Shown: piece by piece, positions 35,531 to 46,199 of the stretch
How positions within the stretch are numbered: position 1 is the first letter of the stretch
How the letters are laid out: every line of letters starts with the position of its first letter
From: Chiloscyllium plagiosum
Lineage: Eukaryota
Direction of reading: 5' to 3'
Assembly (NCBI RefSeq): GCF_004010195.1
Contig: NC_057719.1
Span: 18,559,159 to 18,623,158, forward strand
Length of the DNA stretch: 64,000 nucleotides
Notes under the pieces: model-generated
The model's input: the letters and a program-made list of their open reading frames with translations, nothing else
Database searches by the model: none
Told to the model about the DNA's origin: nothing
Position numbers and translations under genes: made by a program

Positions 35531-36049
35531 TAACTCTTTCAGAAGCAGTACCTTATCTAACAGATCCCCAACCCTGTCCCTCACCCAATGTCCCCAACCT
35601 TCACTAAGGCAGTGTATCTGAATGTATATAGTCAGACACAATTGGCCCTTGGAGTGCTCAACATTGATTCTGGAATATAGTCATAATGGAGTATTCAAAT
35701 GGTCTGGGGCAGAGAATTCTGAAGATTCTAGGCCTTTGAGTGAGGAAGTTTTGCCTCACCTAGGTCACAAATGATTGACCCCTTATCTTGGACATGAGCT
35801 GGCACAGTTTAAACTCTCCTACCAGTGGAATTGAATTTTTATCATCACTTTATCAAGTCCCTTCAGAGTCTTGTATGTCACTGAGATCATCAGACATTCT
35901 TTCAAACTTTGGAGAATGTAGACCCAATTTGTTCAGCTTCTCATCATAGAACAACCCCTTTTATCCTAGGGAGTTTACTGATGATTGTCAGTAGATTGAT
36001 GGAATAAAAATTGAATTGGATTTCGTGAACCTTTGTCTTACTGCCTCCA

Positions 36050-37865
36050 ATGCAGCAGGAATGTGGAAGAGCATGCAAGCAGCAGCACCAGGGGTGTTGA
36101 ACTGGTGAAATTACTACAAGACTCCAGACATGTTAGACAGCTGAAGAATTGTGCAATGGAGAGTTCCTTGATCCCACAGCCAATAGATTAGCTCAAAACC
36201 ATGCCACATACGGTTATGAAATTTGATAGATAATTAAGCAACTAATGAAAGGAGGAGGATCCATGAACATCCACATTTCAATGATGGCAGAGGCCAGTCT
36301 ATACTTGCTAAAGAAAAATCTCAACTGTTACTAATTATCTTCAAAAAGTGGACAAAGCATCTAACATCACAGAAGCTTGTTTTCAGTCAACTCAATTCAG
36401 TCCATGTTGCATTAAGAACTAGCTGGCTACAGCAAAAGGTGAAGGTTCCAACAACACTCTGGTTACAGTGCTAGTGCCCAGAACTAACTGTTACAATTCA
36501 GTGACAGCACTAGCTATATGACAAAGATCAGATCAGCCATAATCTCATTGAACGACAGAGCAGACTCAATGGGCCAAATGGCCTACTTCTGTTCCTGTGT
36601 CTTCAGGTTTGAGGTGGTAAATTGCGATATATGTCCTCCCCTCAAAAATCCCCTCCAATTGAATGTTTGCCCCATCAATCTACTTACAATCATCAGTAAA
36701 ATGTTGGAAATAATCATTGACAGTGCTATCAAGTGACACTTATTCACCAAGAGCCTGCTCACTTATGTTCAATTTGTGTTCCACGAAATATTTTCACAAG
36801 AGATAATTCAAGACGTGAAGTGAGCATGACTGCCTGTGACATAAAGACAACATTTGACTGAGTGTGACGTTAAGGAGCCCCAGTGAATTTGTGGCCAATA
36901 AAATGAGGAGGAAACAGTGGCTCAGTGGTTACCACTGCAGCCTCACAGCACCAGGGTCCCAGGTTTGATACCAGCTTTGGGCGAGTGTCTGTGTGGAGTT
37001 TGCACATTCTCCCTGTGTCTGCATGGGTTTCCTCCGGGTGCTCCGGTTTCCTCCCACAATCCAATGACGTGCCGGTCAGGTGAATTGGCCATGCTAAATT
37101 GCCCATAGTGTTAGGTGCATTAGTCAGAGGGAGATGGGTCCGGATGGCTTACTCTTTGGAGGTTCTGGTTGGGCCAAAGGGCCTGTTTCCAAACTGTAGG
37201 GAATCTAATCTTAAAAAAAAATCTTCATTGACTGGAGTCACACTGAATTTTCAAGACCAGTCATCTCAGCCTAGTTCATAGCTGCAAGATTATCTCAGAG
37301 CAGGGGATTCTAGGCCCAACTATTTTAACTTCCTTATTGGCGTAGGCTTGGTGAGTTGAAAAGCCTGTTCCTAGGATGTATCATTGTTTGTTCTTTGTTC
37401 TTATCAATGACTTCCAAGCAATCATAAAGTCAGAAATCAGATTTTCATTGTTTTGTATTCTGCAAGAATTGTAAACAAAACATGTCACAGGCATAGCAAC
37501 TAATGTCATCTCTACATAGCTCCAATATGTAAAATATACCACATTTGAGATGTACGCAGCAACTCTCCATTGTCATTCTACTAGCTTCCCAAATCTGCCA
37601 CCTCTACCACCTAAGGCAGCAAAAGTATGAGAACTCCACCACCTAAATGTTATCCTGCAAGTTCCACAACACTCTGACTTGGAAATATATCAGCAATGCT
37701 TCATCACTGATTGGTCAAAATCCTCAAAATCGCTAGTTTTGGGACTATCTTCACCAGCCTGACTGCATTTCTTCAAGAATGTTTATCATCGGTTTTTCAA
37801 GAGTACTAAAGTTTGGGCAATAAATATTGATTGTGCCAGGGACATCAACATCCTTGGTGTAAATT
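36050..37865 (+). mobile_element. L2/CR1-like LINE, heavily decayed, interrupted by HE1
   Basis: CPINLLTIISKMLEIIIDSAIK; DIKTTFD*V*; 3' tail GGGCAATAAATATTG. Confidence 0.7.
36914..37218 (+). mobile_element. HE1 SINE
   Basis: Head, V domain, tail. Confidence 0.9.
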
Positions 37866-38528
37866 ACAAAGAACTGAAATCAACTTGCACTCCACGCCAA
37901 ATTGTTGGATTACATTTTAATAATTTAAAGAACAATTAAAGCAAAGAAGATGGGGGCACAATCCCTCTGCTTCGCAGTAAAATATAACTAACGTTGATTT
38001 TAAAAAAGGACAAGAATAAAAGAGTAGCACCGAGACAGTAGGACATCATTATGTCAAATTTGTGAAATTTGTCCTGAATAGATGAAAATATTAAGATCTC
38101 CTCACAGGCTGATCAGTTAATGATTGTGAAGAATCATTCAGAACAGGCCAGTCAATATTTCTCACTATCAGCAATTTACAGCTGAAGTGCACTAGATGGC
38201 ATTAAGTTTCTTACTACTGTATCAAACTTTATTTCCACTGACTAATAAATCAACACCCAATATTTTTGGGGGTGGTGAAGGGGGATGGAAGATCTGTTGA
38301 AGTTCACAGAAGGCCTAGAAACGTAAACAGTCTATCTATCATGGTGGTGTCAACCCCTTGGACGTGCACTCTGAGAATGTTTACCAAGCATGCCCCCGGG
38401 ACATAAGTATAATCCATCGTAGACATGATTGACATGCTTGATTCTATTATTCAGTGCATGTCAAAACACACTGTCGCATTAATTTGCATTTCCTGTACAG
38501 AGAACTGAGAGCATGCAAGAAAGGTGGA

Positions 38529-38852
38529 ATTTAGTCAGTCAGTGATTTTGACCAATGTCATCAGTAATGGGAATTGAAACAAGTTTGTCTATTCTCAACA
38601 CAATGGACCAATTTCTAAAATTTATTGTAATATTGGAACAGGAGTAGACCATTCAGTCCTTACGAGGTAAAAACAATGACTGCAGATGCTGGAAACCAGA
38701 TTCTGGATCAGTGGTGATTTAGTCAGTCAGTGATTTTGACCAATGTCATCAGTAATGGGAATTGAAACAAGTTTGTCTATTCTCAACACGATGGACCAAT
38801 TTCTAAAATTTATTGTAACATTGGAACAGGAGTAGACCATTCAGTCCTTACG
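38529..38852. repeat. 136-bp direct duplication flanking a 52-bp PLE terminal fragment
   Basis: 38529-38664 vs 38717-38852 (2 mismatches); spacer AGGTAAAAACAATGACTGCAGATGCTGGAAACCAGATTCTGGATCAGTGGTG. Confidence 0.95.
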
Positions 38853-39067
38853 CCTGTTCCATCACTCAATGAGAACATGGTTTTATCTGTACCTTTATAC
38901 TATTCTAATATTTCTACTGCACATAACTTACAACAACAAACATCTTGCCTTTTGATAGCACATTTAAATCAGTTAAAATGTCTGTTTCACATCAAACAAA
39001 ACTTAACTTCAACCTGAATGTGCCTCCATCACATTCTCAGGCAGTTATCAGGACAGAAGGCTTTAAG

Positions 39068-39640
39068 GTAGATAAGCAGGAGGCAGAGCACAGAAAGCAG
39101 GGCACGAACAGCATCTCAGCCGGGCCCACAGGGGCTGACCTGACCTCCCAGTCACTGCCCATTTAATTCCACTTCTCACTCCCTTTCTGACATGACCATC
39201 CTTGGCCTCCTCCATTGCCACAGTGAATCAGACTGCAAATTGAAAGAACAACACCTCATCTTCCGCCTGAGCAGCCTATAGCCCGAAGGATTCAACATTG
39301 AGTTCTCCAGTTTCAAATGACCTCCCTTCCCAGCCCCTTCCCCTACCTTCCATTCCTCTGATTGATCCTTTCTTCCAGCCACCAACTGGATTCATTCCTC
39401 TAATCGACCAACCAGGTTGTACACTCAACCTGTGTTCACCTATCCCTACTTCACCACCCTGCACCCTGCCACTCCCCTTTATCTGCAGCTCCCCCCACAC
39501 CTACCCCCAGCCCTGCAACAGAGATACATCCAAAATGTTGACTTCTCTACCTTCTGATGCTGCCTGGCTCGCCTAGTTCTTCCAGCCTCCTGCTTGTCTA
39601 CCTTGGATTCCAGTACCTGCAGTTTTTTTGCTGTCTCTAA
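39068..39640 (+). mobile_element. Penelope-like 3' end
   Basis: DLPVTAH-NSTSHSLSDMTILGLLHCHSESDCKLKEQHLIFRLSSL*PEGFNIEFSSFK; pseudo-LTR same family as 29433. Confidence 0.85.
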
Positions 39641-39744
39641 GAAGATTTTAAGGGGCTTATTAAAATGAATTGGGGAAGTGGAAAGGTTTAAGTTGGAAAT
39701 TCCAGGGAATAGGGTTGGAGGAATTAAGATAATTCTGATGACAT

Positions 39745-42040
39745 GCAAACATGGTTAGCCCATACCTGGAGTACTGTGTACAGTTTTGGTTTCCTTAGCT
39801 CAGGAAAAGTATTATTGCCAAACAGGGAATGCAAGGAAGGTTCACCAGATCTGTTCTAGGATGGTGGGATTGACCTATGAAGAGAAATTGGGAAAATTGT
39901 GCCCTGTATTCTCGAGAGTTTTGAAAAATGAAAGGTGATTTAATTGAAACCGACAAAATACTGAAAGAGATAGTTAGGGTAGAACCAGTTAAGATGGTTC
40001 CCCCGACTGGAAGTGTCTAGAATGAAGGGGGTGGAATTTAAAAATAAAGAGCAATGTTACTTAAGACCAAGATGAGAACTTGCTTATTTTGGAAATTGCT
40101 GCTTTGGAATGCTCTACCACAGAAGACTATGGCATTCAGGGTTATAGTGATTGGATCGGTAAAAGTCATTGAAATGTTCAATCAGTCATGATCATATTGA
40201 GTGATGGGCTGGCTCGATAGACTGAATAGCCTATACTTGTCAGGGCCACTGAAGTTTCTGGATAGTGCACATGATGTCTGACCGTTGCTGCAATGCAGAT
40301 CAGAATAACGTAAGAAATGACCCAGTCACTGCCCATTTGACCCCGTTCTGGCATTCAGTAAGATCACAGCTGAAATTTAATATCAATTCCATTTTCCACA
40401 CTATTTATCATATTCCTCAACTCCCTTGGAGTCATTAAAAAGTCTCAACCTTGGTTTCGAATATACTCAACAAAAAAAGATCCACAACTTTCTAAGATGA
40501 GGATTCCAAAGATTCAGAACCCATAATGAAAAAAAAAACAAATTCTCCTAATCTCTTATCCTGAAATGGAAATGAATAGCTCAACATTTACCCCTTTGAG
40601 AATTTCATACTTTTCCATGAAATCATTTCTCATTCCTCGAAGCTGCAGGGAATGTCAAAGCATTTTACTCATAGGACAATCCTCTCATTCCAAGAATCAA
40701 TCTAGTGACGTTCCAATAGGTCATTCTAAGTTGGATATATTCAAAAGAATGTGGAAGCATGAGATACGGTTCTGGGGATGGGAATCATTAGTTAGGTAAC
40801 TAGATTGAGAATGTCAAGACTGTTCTGCACGGAGAGGAGACGATGGAAAGGTTTGATCGAGATATTCAAAATCATGAGGTGTGCGGAAACAGTAGATCAG
40901 GGAAAACTGTTCCAATAGTGGAAGAAGTTGACCAGTTGACATTAATTTAAGATGATTGACAAAAGTAATGGCTAATCAAGGAAAACCTCTTCTACAAAAT
41001 GAACAGCTGGGTTCTTGATAGCACTGCCTGAGAATGTGATGGAGGCACATTCCGTTGTAGCTTTCAAAAGAGAATTGGATCATTTTCTGAACAAGGAAAT
41101 ATTGTAGGACAAAGAGGAAAAGGCAGAGGATTGGTGTTCAGATGAATTCCTCTTACAGAGAGTCAGAACAGATAGAATGAGCTTCATGGGCTCTTGCGCC
41201 ATAACCAAACTATAAGAATTAATCATAGGTAAGGAGACTTAAACAATAAATGGTATGCTGGTGTGGAATAATGAAAGCTCTTTAGAATTGCAGGGGAACT
41301 TCCTTACTCTTGTACTCCAAATCCATTCCAATAAAGGTCAACACATCACTTTCTTTCCTAATTGCTTGCTGGACTTACATGTTAACTTTCTGTGACCAGC
41401 ATGCAAAGAACTCATCGCCATGAAAAACATTGACTTTTTCCTCACCTGAAACAGTTTGCTTATCCGTTGTTGTTTTTATCCAAGTGGATAAACTTCACAC
41501 TTTTCCACTTTATACTTCATTTGACTTTTTTTCCAGCCTAGTTCATTAGCAACTCCATAATATTTCACTCTGTTTGTCCCCTCTCATAACATCAACCATT
41601 TTTTATTAAATTAGCAAACTTGGAGATTTTTAACACTTGCTCCTCTCATTCAAGTGATTGAAATAGAAAATTTGAGGCCCAAGCACTGGTGCTTGCTAAC
41701 CTGAACCTGCCCCACCTGCTTCTATCCCCTGGTTTCTATCTGCTAACTAATCACAATCTAATTTAATATTTTACCTCAATCACATGAAGTCTAGTCTTGT
41801 GCAATACTCTCTTGTAAGGTTGGATCTATTGGAAAACCTTCTGAAAATCCAAATATGTGACCCCCTTATTGACCGTTCTAATTGCATACTCAAAAAAATT
41901 AATACATTTGTCAAACATAATATCCTTTACAGGAAACCAAGCAGAGTTTGCCTATTTTGAATTTTGTAAGTGCCATACCATCAAGTACTAAATAATAGAT
42001 GCTAACATTTTCTGTATTGCCAATGTCAGACTAATTGGCC
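39745..42040. mobile_element. Cluster of old CR1 fragments in alternating orientation
   Basis: CCATACCTGGAGTACTGTGTACAGTTTTGG (P.LEYCVQFW), CR1 3' UTR motifs, reverse RT fragments 41280-42040. Confidence 0.7.
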
Positions 42041-42051
42041 TCTGGTTCCCT

Positions 42052-42146
42052 TATTCCTGATGAAGGGCTTTTGCCCGAAACGTCGATTTTGCCTGTCCTC
42101 GGATGCTGCCTGAATTGCTGTGCTCTTCCAGCACCACTAATCCAGA
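42052..42146 (+). mobile_element. 95-bp PLE pseudo-LTR insertion with 12-bp TSD
   Basis: CTCTGGTTCCCT at 42040-42051 and 42147-42158. Confidence 0.9.
42053..42088 (+). ncRNA. Minimal type-I hammerhead ribozyme motif
   Basis: CTGATGA(42057-63)-A-GGGC-TTTT-GCCC-GAAA-C-GTC(42082-84); ACGT palindrome at stem III; stem I pairing is short and imperfect in this copy. Confidence 0.75.
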
Positions 42147-42791
42147 CTCTGGTTCCCTAATTCCTGTTTTGTCATCTTTGGCATTTAAACCACCAAGATT
42201 TAGATCAACTAACACATCATGGCCTAGGGTTTAATCCAAGACCTTCCTGATCTAAACATGGCTCAGCAGTTTTTAAAGTAATGCATTTGCCCATTGAATA
42301 CTGTGACTTACAATGGTCATGAGACCTCTGATATAGTTTATTTCAATTTAAGCCATTAAACTTTCCATGTGAAACACAGTGTGGAATCTGGCCTTCTCAG
42401 ATCCTTTAGAAGGAAAAGTGAAGGTTCTTATAGGCAGGAGGACTGAAGTATGTTTCCTTATACAGAGTTAAGTGTTTACTATTAGGTTCTCAGAATTCCT
42501 CAGGCAAGTTGGGTTTCTTGACTGTAATCAGCAGGAACCAATTTTTATATTTGCATGTCATGAAACCTCATTAACATTCCAGCTCTCTGGAATTCCATTC
42601 ACTGGCACAATTTTTGTTATTCAAAAATAGGAAGCAAATCTGTGTAGAAACATAAGCATTATAAGAAGCAGCATCTTCTGGTTAATCCAATCCAACTAAA
42701 GCCTTAGGAGTGGCATAAGAGCGAGATTGGGATTGGGGACCTCCTTTTATGTGCATTCAGGAGAAGAGGAGAACTTTCCAGGCCAGACAAA

Positions 42792-42840
42792 GGGAAAATT
42801 GAAAAAGGGCACAGGGAAATTTGAAAAAGGGCACAGGGAA
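42792..42840. repeat. 22-bp tandem repeat x2
   Basis: GGGAAA(A/T)TTGAAAAAGGGCACA twice. Confidence 0.85.
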
Positions 42841-43213
42841 TGGCAGGAAATGTCAAACATTACGAGTAGAAAATGATACTCAAAAGGAGGCAGTAGAGGG
42901 TTATAAAGTTTAACACCACTGTCTTGCACTAAGTCATTCTGGAGAAAGTGCAGTGTAAAGAAGGCAATTAGAGTGTAACCATCATGTGGGACAGTCTATA
43001 GATATTTAAAAGCACATACTTTGCATGTTTAGGGAAGCCAACAAATTTATCTGTCAGCTCCTTCAGGGAGCTGTGTAATCACATAGCTCGGGAGGAAATG
43101 CTGTGCCTATGGGCGAGAAGAATACAGTAGTATTTTTTCTTTATTCATTCACAGGATGAGGGTGTCACTGGCTAGGCAGCATTTATTGCCCATCCCTGAC
43201 TGCCCAGTTAAGA

Positions 43214-43426
43214 GCTGGAAATGTGTTGCTGGAAAAGCGCAGCAGGTCAGGCAGCAACCAGGGAACAGGAGAATCGACGTTTCGGGCATAAGCCCTTCTT
43301 CAGGGCAAGTTTGCTTATGCCCGAAACGTCGATTCTCCTGTTCCCTGGATGCTGCCTGACCTGCTGCGCTTTTCCAGCAACACATTTCCAGCTCTGATCT
43401 CCAGCATCTGCAGACCTCACTTTCTC
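43214..43426. mobile_element. Young fold-back PLE pseudo-LTR with intact minus-strand hammerhead core
   Basis: 83-bp arms 43211-43293 / 43313-43395 (1 mismatch); TSD CTGCCCAGTTAAGA at 43200-43213 and 43427-43440. Confidence 0.95.
43272..43305 (-). ncRNA. Minimal hammerhead ribozyme motif
   Basis: Minus strand CTGAAGA-A-GGGC-TTAT-GCCC-GAAA-C-GTC-GA. Confidence 0.7.
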
Positions 43427-44799
43427 CTGCCCAGTTAAGAGACAACCATAGACCTGTGATCTGGATTCACATGTAGGCCAGATATGGATAGCAGTTTCTT
43501 TCCCTAAAGGATATTAGTGAACCAGATGGCTTGTCCATCAATCAACAATGCATTCATGGTTATCATTAGACTCTTAATTCCAGATTTTAAAAAAAATTCA
43601 AATTCCACCATCTACCATGGTGGGATTCAAACCCAGGTCCCCAGAACATCATCGGGATCTCTGGAGGCACAGTCCAGCAATAATACCACTAGGCCATCAC
43701 CTCCTCAAGCTTTGAAGCTCCTTGTCACCTGATCCTTTGCTGAGGGTTTGTGGACTGGTGATTGAAAACCATTCGGTTTGTTCAGTTCAGCTTGGACATA
43801 AAGAGTCAAGATGCCAGAGCTGTCAGATTTGCAGCCAATGCTGTGGTTGCTCAGATACAAGGAGGCATCGATTGTATCCTTTTGGTATCAAATAGGTAAA
43901 TTGCTGATCAGGGAGGGATTTCATTCCTTTTTTCACACTGTGAACACAGGCAAGAATTTATGCAGGTAAACCTCTGTTACCCCCAGTGATTTGCCACCAC
44001 TCATACATTCTGCACAACTCCCTGGCAAATACAGCATCATTTCAAGAGCAGACAAATGGAAGAGATAAGGGAAATCCTCAGAGGATTGCCTAACGACCCT
44101 TTACAAAACCATCAGACAGATGCCGAATTGTGTTATAATGTAGCTGATGAATCTGCAATTGCCATCAACGTAAAGGGAGTTCATGTTCTGAAGATGGGCT
44201 TTCAATGCCTGGACTGCTCAAGAGGAACACTTCAGTTGTCTCTGGACAGGGTCACCAGCAGTGATTGCTTGTTGGTCCCTGAACTAGCTCAGTGGACGGT
44301 GTGATACCTTAGAAAAGATTGGGATGGACCAGCCACCTGCATTTTCAAATTTGGAAGGGGGGTAAGACAGAGATGCTGACATATGCAATGCTGAGGCAGA
44401 GAAAGGCAGTGTAATCATGAAACAGGCAGGTCAAAGACAATTTGGTACCGGCTACGTTTTACAACCGATGACTATGCACAAATCTTTGTGGATATGCAGG
44501 TGTAATAGCCAGTTCTGATGTTCAAGGCTTACAATCCTCAAGGGAATGCATAATTTATAATGATGAAACTTCATGTTGCTCTGCTTGCCAGACATCGTGA
44601 ATCTCTTTGTTGCTTTTGCACAGATAAAGTTATGTTCAGTTTGGTTGCCAGAGCATCAGGATGGAACCCTGTGGGCTGACTCTTGTGTAACATGGATCTT
44701 TGTTTGTAAAGGACATTTCTCTATCACTGAGATGTGTAGGGATCATGAAATGCTGATTGACTCATGCAACACAACCACACAAATTTCTGTTCCTGTTCC

Positions 44800-45300
44800 C
44801 CAGAGAATATGCTCCTCCAGATGAGGCCAATGTAGCAAAACCTGTGCCCACACTTCCCCCCTCACCTCCATTCAAGGCCCTAAAGGATCATTTCAAATTC
44901 TACACATCCACCCATCTCATTTACTGCATCTGTTGCTCTTGATGTGGTCAGCTCGACATCAGGGAGACCAAGCGCCAACTCGCGGAGCAGTTCAGGGAAC
45001 ATCTAAAGTCCTTCCCACCTATCCACTCCACCCTCCCCACCAACCTATCACAATAATCTCTCAACAGCATCCACCTATCGCCATCCTACAAACCTTGCCC
45101 CCAGCCCTACCCCCAGCCCCAGAACCACCACCTCCTTTCGCTTATCCCTCAGCCCCTTCCCCGTCCACATTCTTGATGAAGGGCTTATGTCTGAAACATC
45201 AACTTTCCTGCTCCTCAGATGCTGTCTGACCTGTTGTGCTTTTTCCAGCGCCAACCTTTTCGACTCTGACCCTCCAGCATCTACAGTCCTTGCTTTCTCC
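44800..45300 (+). mobile_element. Penelope-like GIY-YIG fragment plus pseudo-LTR
   Basis: HLIYCICCS*CGQLDIRETKRQLAEQFREHL; TTGATGAAGGGCTTATGTCTGAAACATC. Confidence 0.85.
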
Positions 45301-46199
45301 TATGCATGAGAGCATCTATGCCATTCACAAGCCTACACCTGATTTGCACCTTGAATGATCATTGCCCCTCAAGTCATTCTGGAAAGGAATACAAAACTGT
45401 AGGGGGTATATCTAAATTACAGGAGACCAAAAGATTGCACAAACCTTTGATAAGCTAATCTACAGGTAAGCGCTTTGTTCACATCTGTCCATCCAACATT
45501 CTTTTAGTTTTCTCTTCCTACCACTACTATTTTGGAGAAATACAATTGTACATTGTAAGCTGTGACTCTGGGCATGTAATCTCTGATGTACTTTATTTCA
45601 GTCTCAGCAGTAGCCCTTAAACCCACCACATAAACAAATGACATTCTGGTGAAATGGTGTGAGGCATCAGGGTTGTTGATTGATTTATATTTGAACATCA
45701 ATCACAAATCTTCCTTTTTAGTCGATGAAATGAGTTCAGAAGAGTCATCATCAGTCAGAAGACTCTTCTGCTTATACCTTTAGTTCTGTTGTTTATAAGA
45801 GTTCAAAGGTAGCCTGGTATTCTCTCCATTTAGACTGAAATTTCAAATCAAAATAATTTTGGAGCAATCCACAAAATTAGCTTTACAACTAACATTTCTT
45901 AGCTAAACTTTAGCAAAACCAGCAGACTTTTTTCTCCATCATTGTAAACCATATAGAAACAAATTTGGATGAAATACTAACAATAAAATTTGAATTTTTC
46001 TGATTAAACTCTTTTTCAGGTTAAAAGCATCAGGATATTTTTTTTTTTAAAAAGGGCCTCTTTCTATCACCGCTTTCTCTTTCGAATAAGAGGTAAAGGT
46101 TCTTGGTGAAATAATGTGTTCATGCACATAAAACAATGAGTTTTTGTACATCATCATTGATCCGAAAACCAAGTTATCTGGGATTATGAGCAGAATGTG

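Larger units (their letters stand above)
43136..43705 (-). mobile_element. SINE family B inserted in the Harbinger transposase
   Basis: TTATTCATTCACAGGATGAGGGTGTCACTGG...GGGATTCAAACCCAGG...AATACCACTAGGCCATCACCTCC. Confidence 0.85.
42980..44300 (+). pseudogene. Harbinger/PIF DDE transposase (HARBI1-like) relic
   Basis: FICQLLQGAV*SHSSGGNAVPMGEKNTVV | ALKLLVT*SF; QIQGGIDCI; REGFHS..CEHRQEFMQVNLCYP..CHHSYILHNS; RDKGNP; PLQNHQTDAELCYNVA..LKMGFQCLDCSRGTLQLSLDRV. Confidence 0.8.

Noticed and set aside
45423..45465. 43-nt exon with strong donor CAG|GTAAGC (DQKIAQTFDKLIY)
   Set aside because: Acceptor lacks a polypyrimidine tract, no partner exon identified, peptide not recognised
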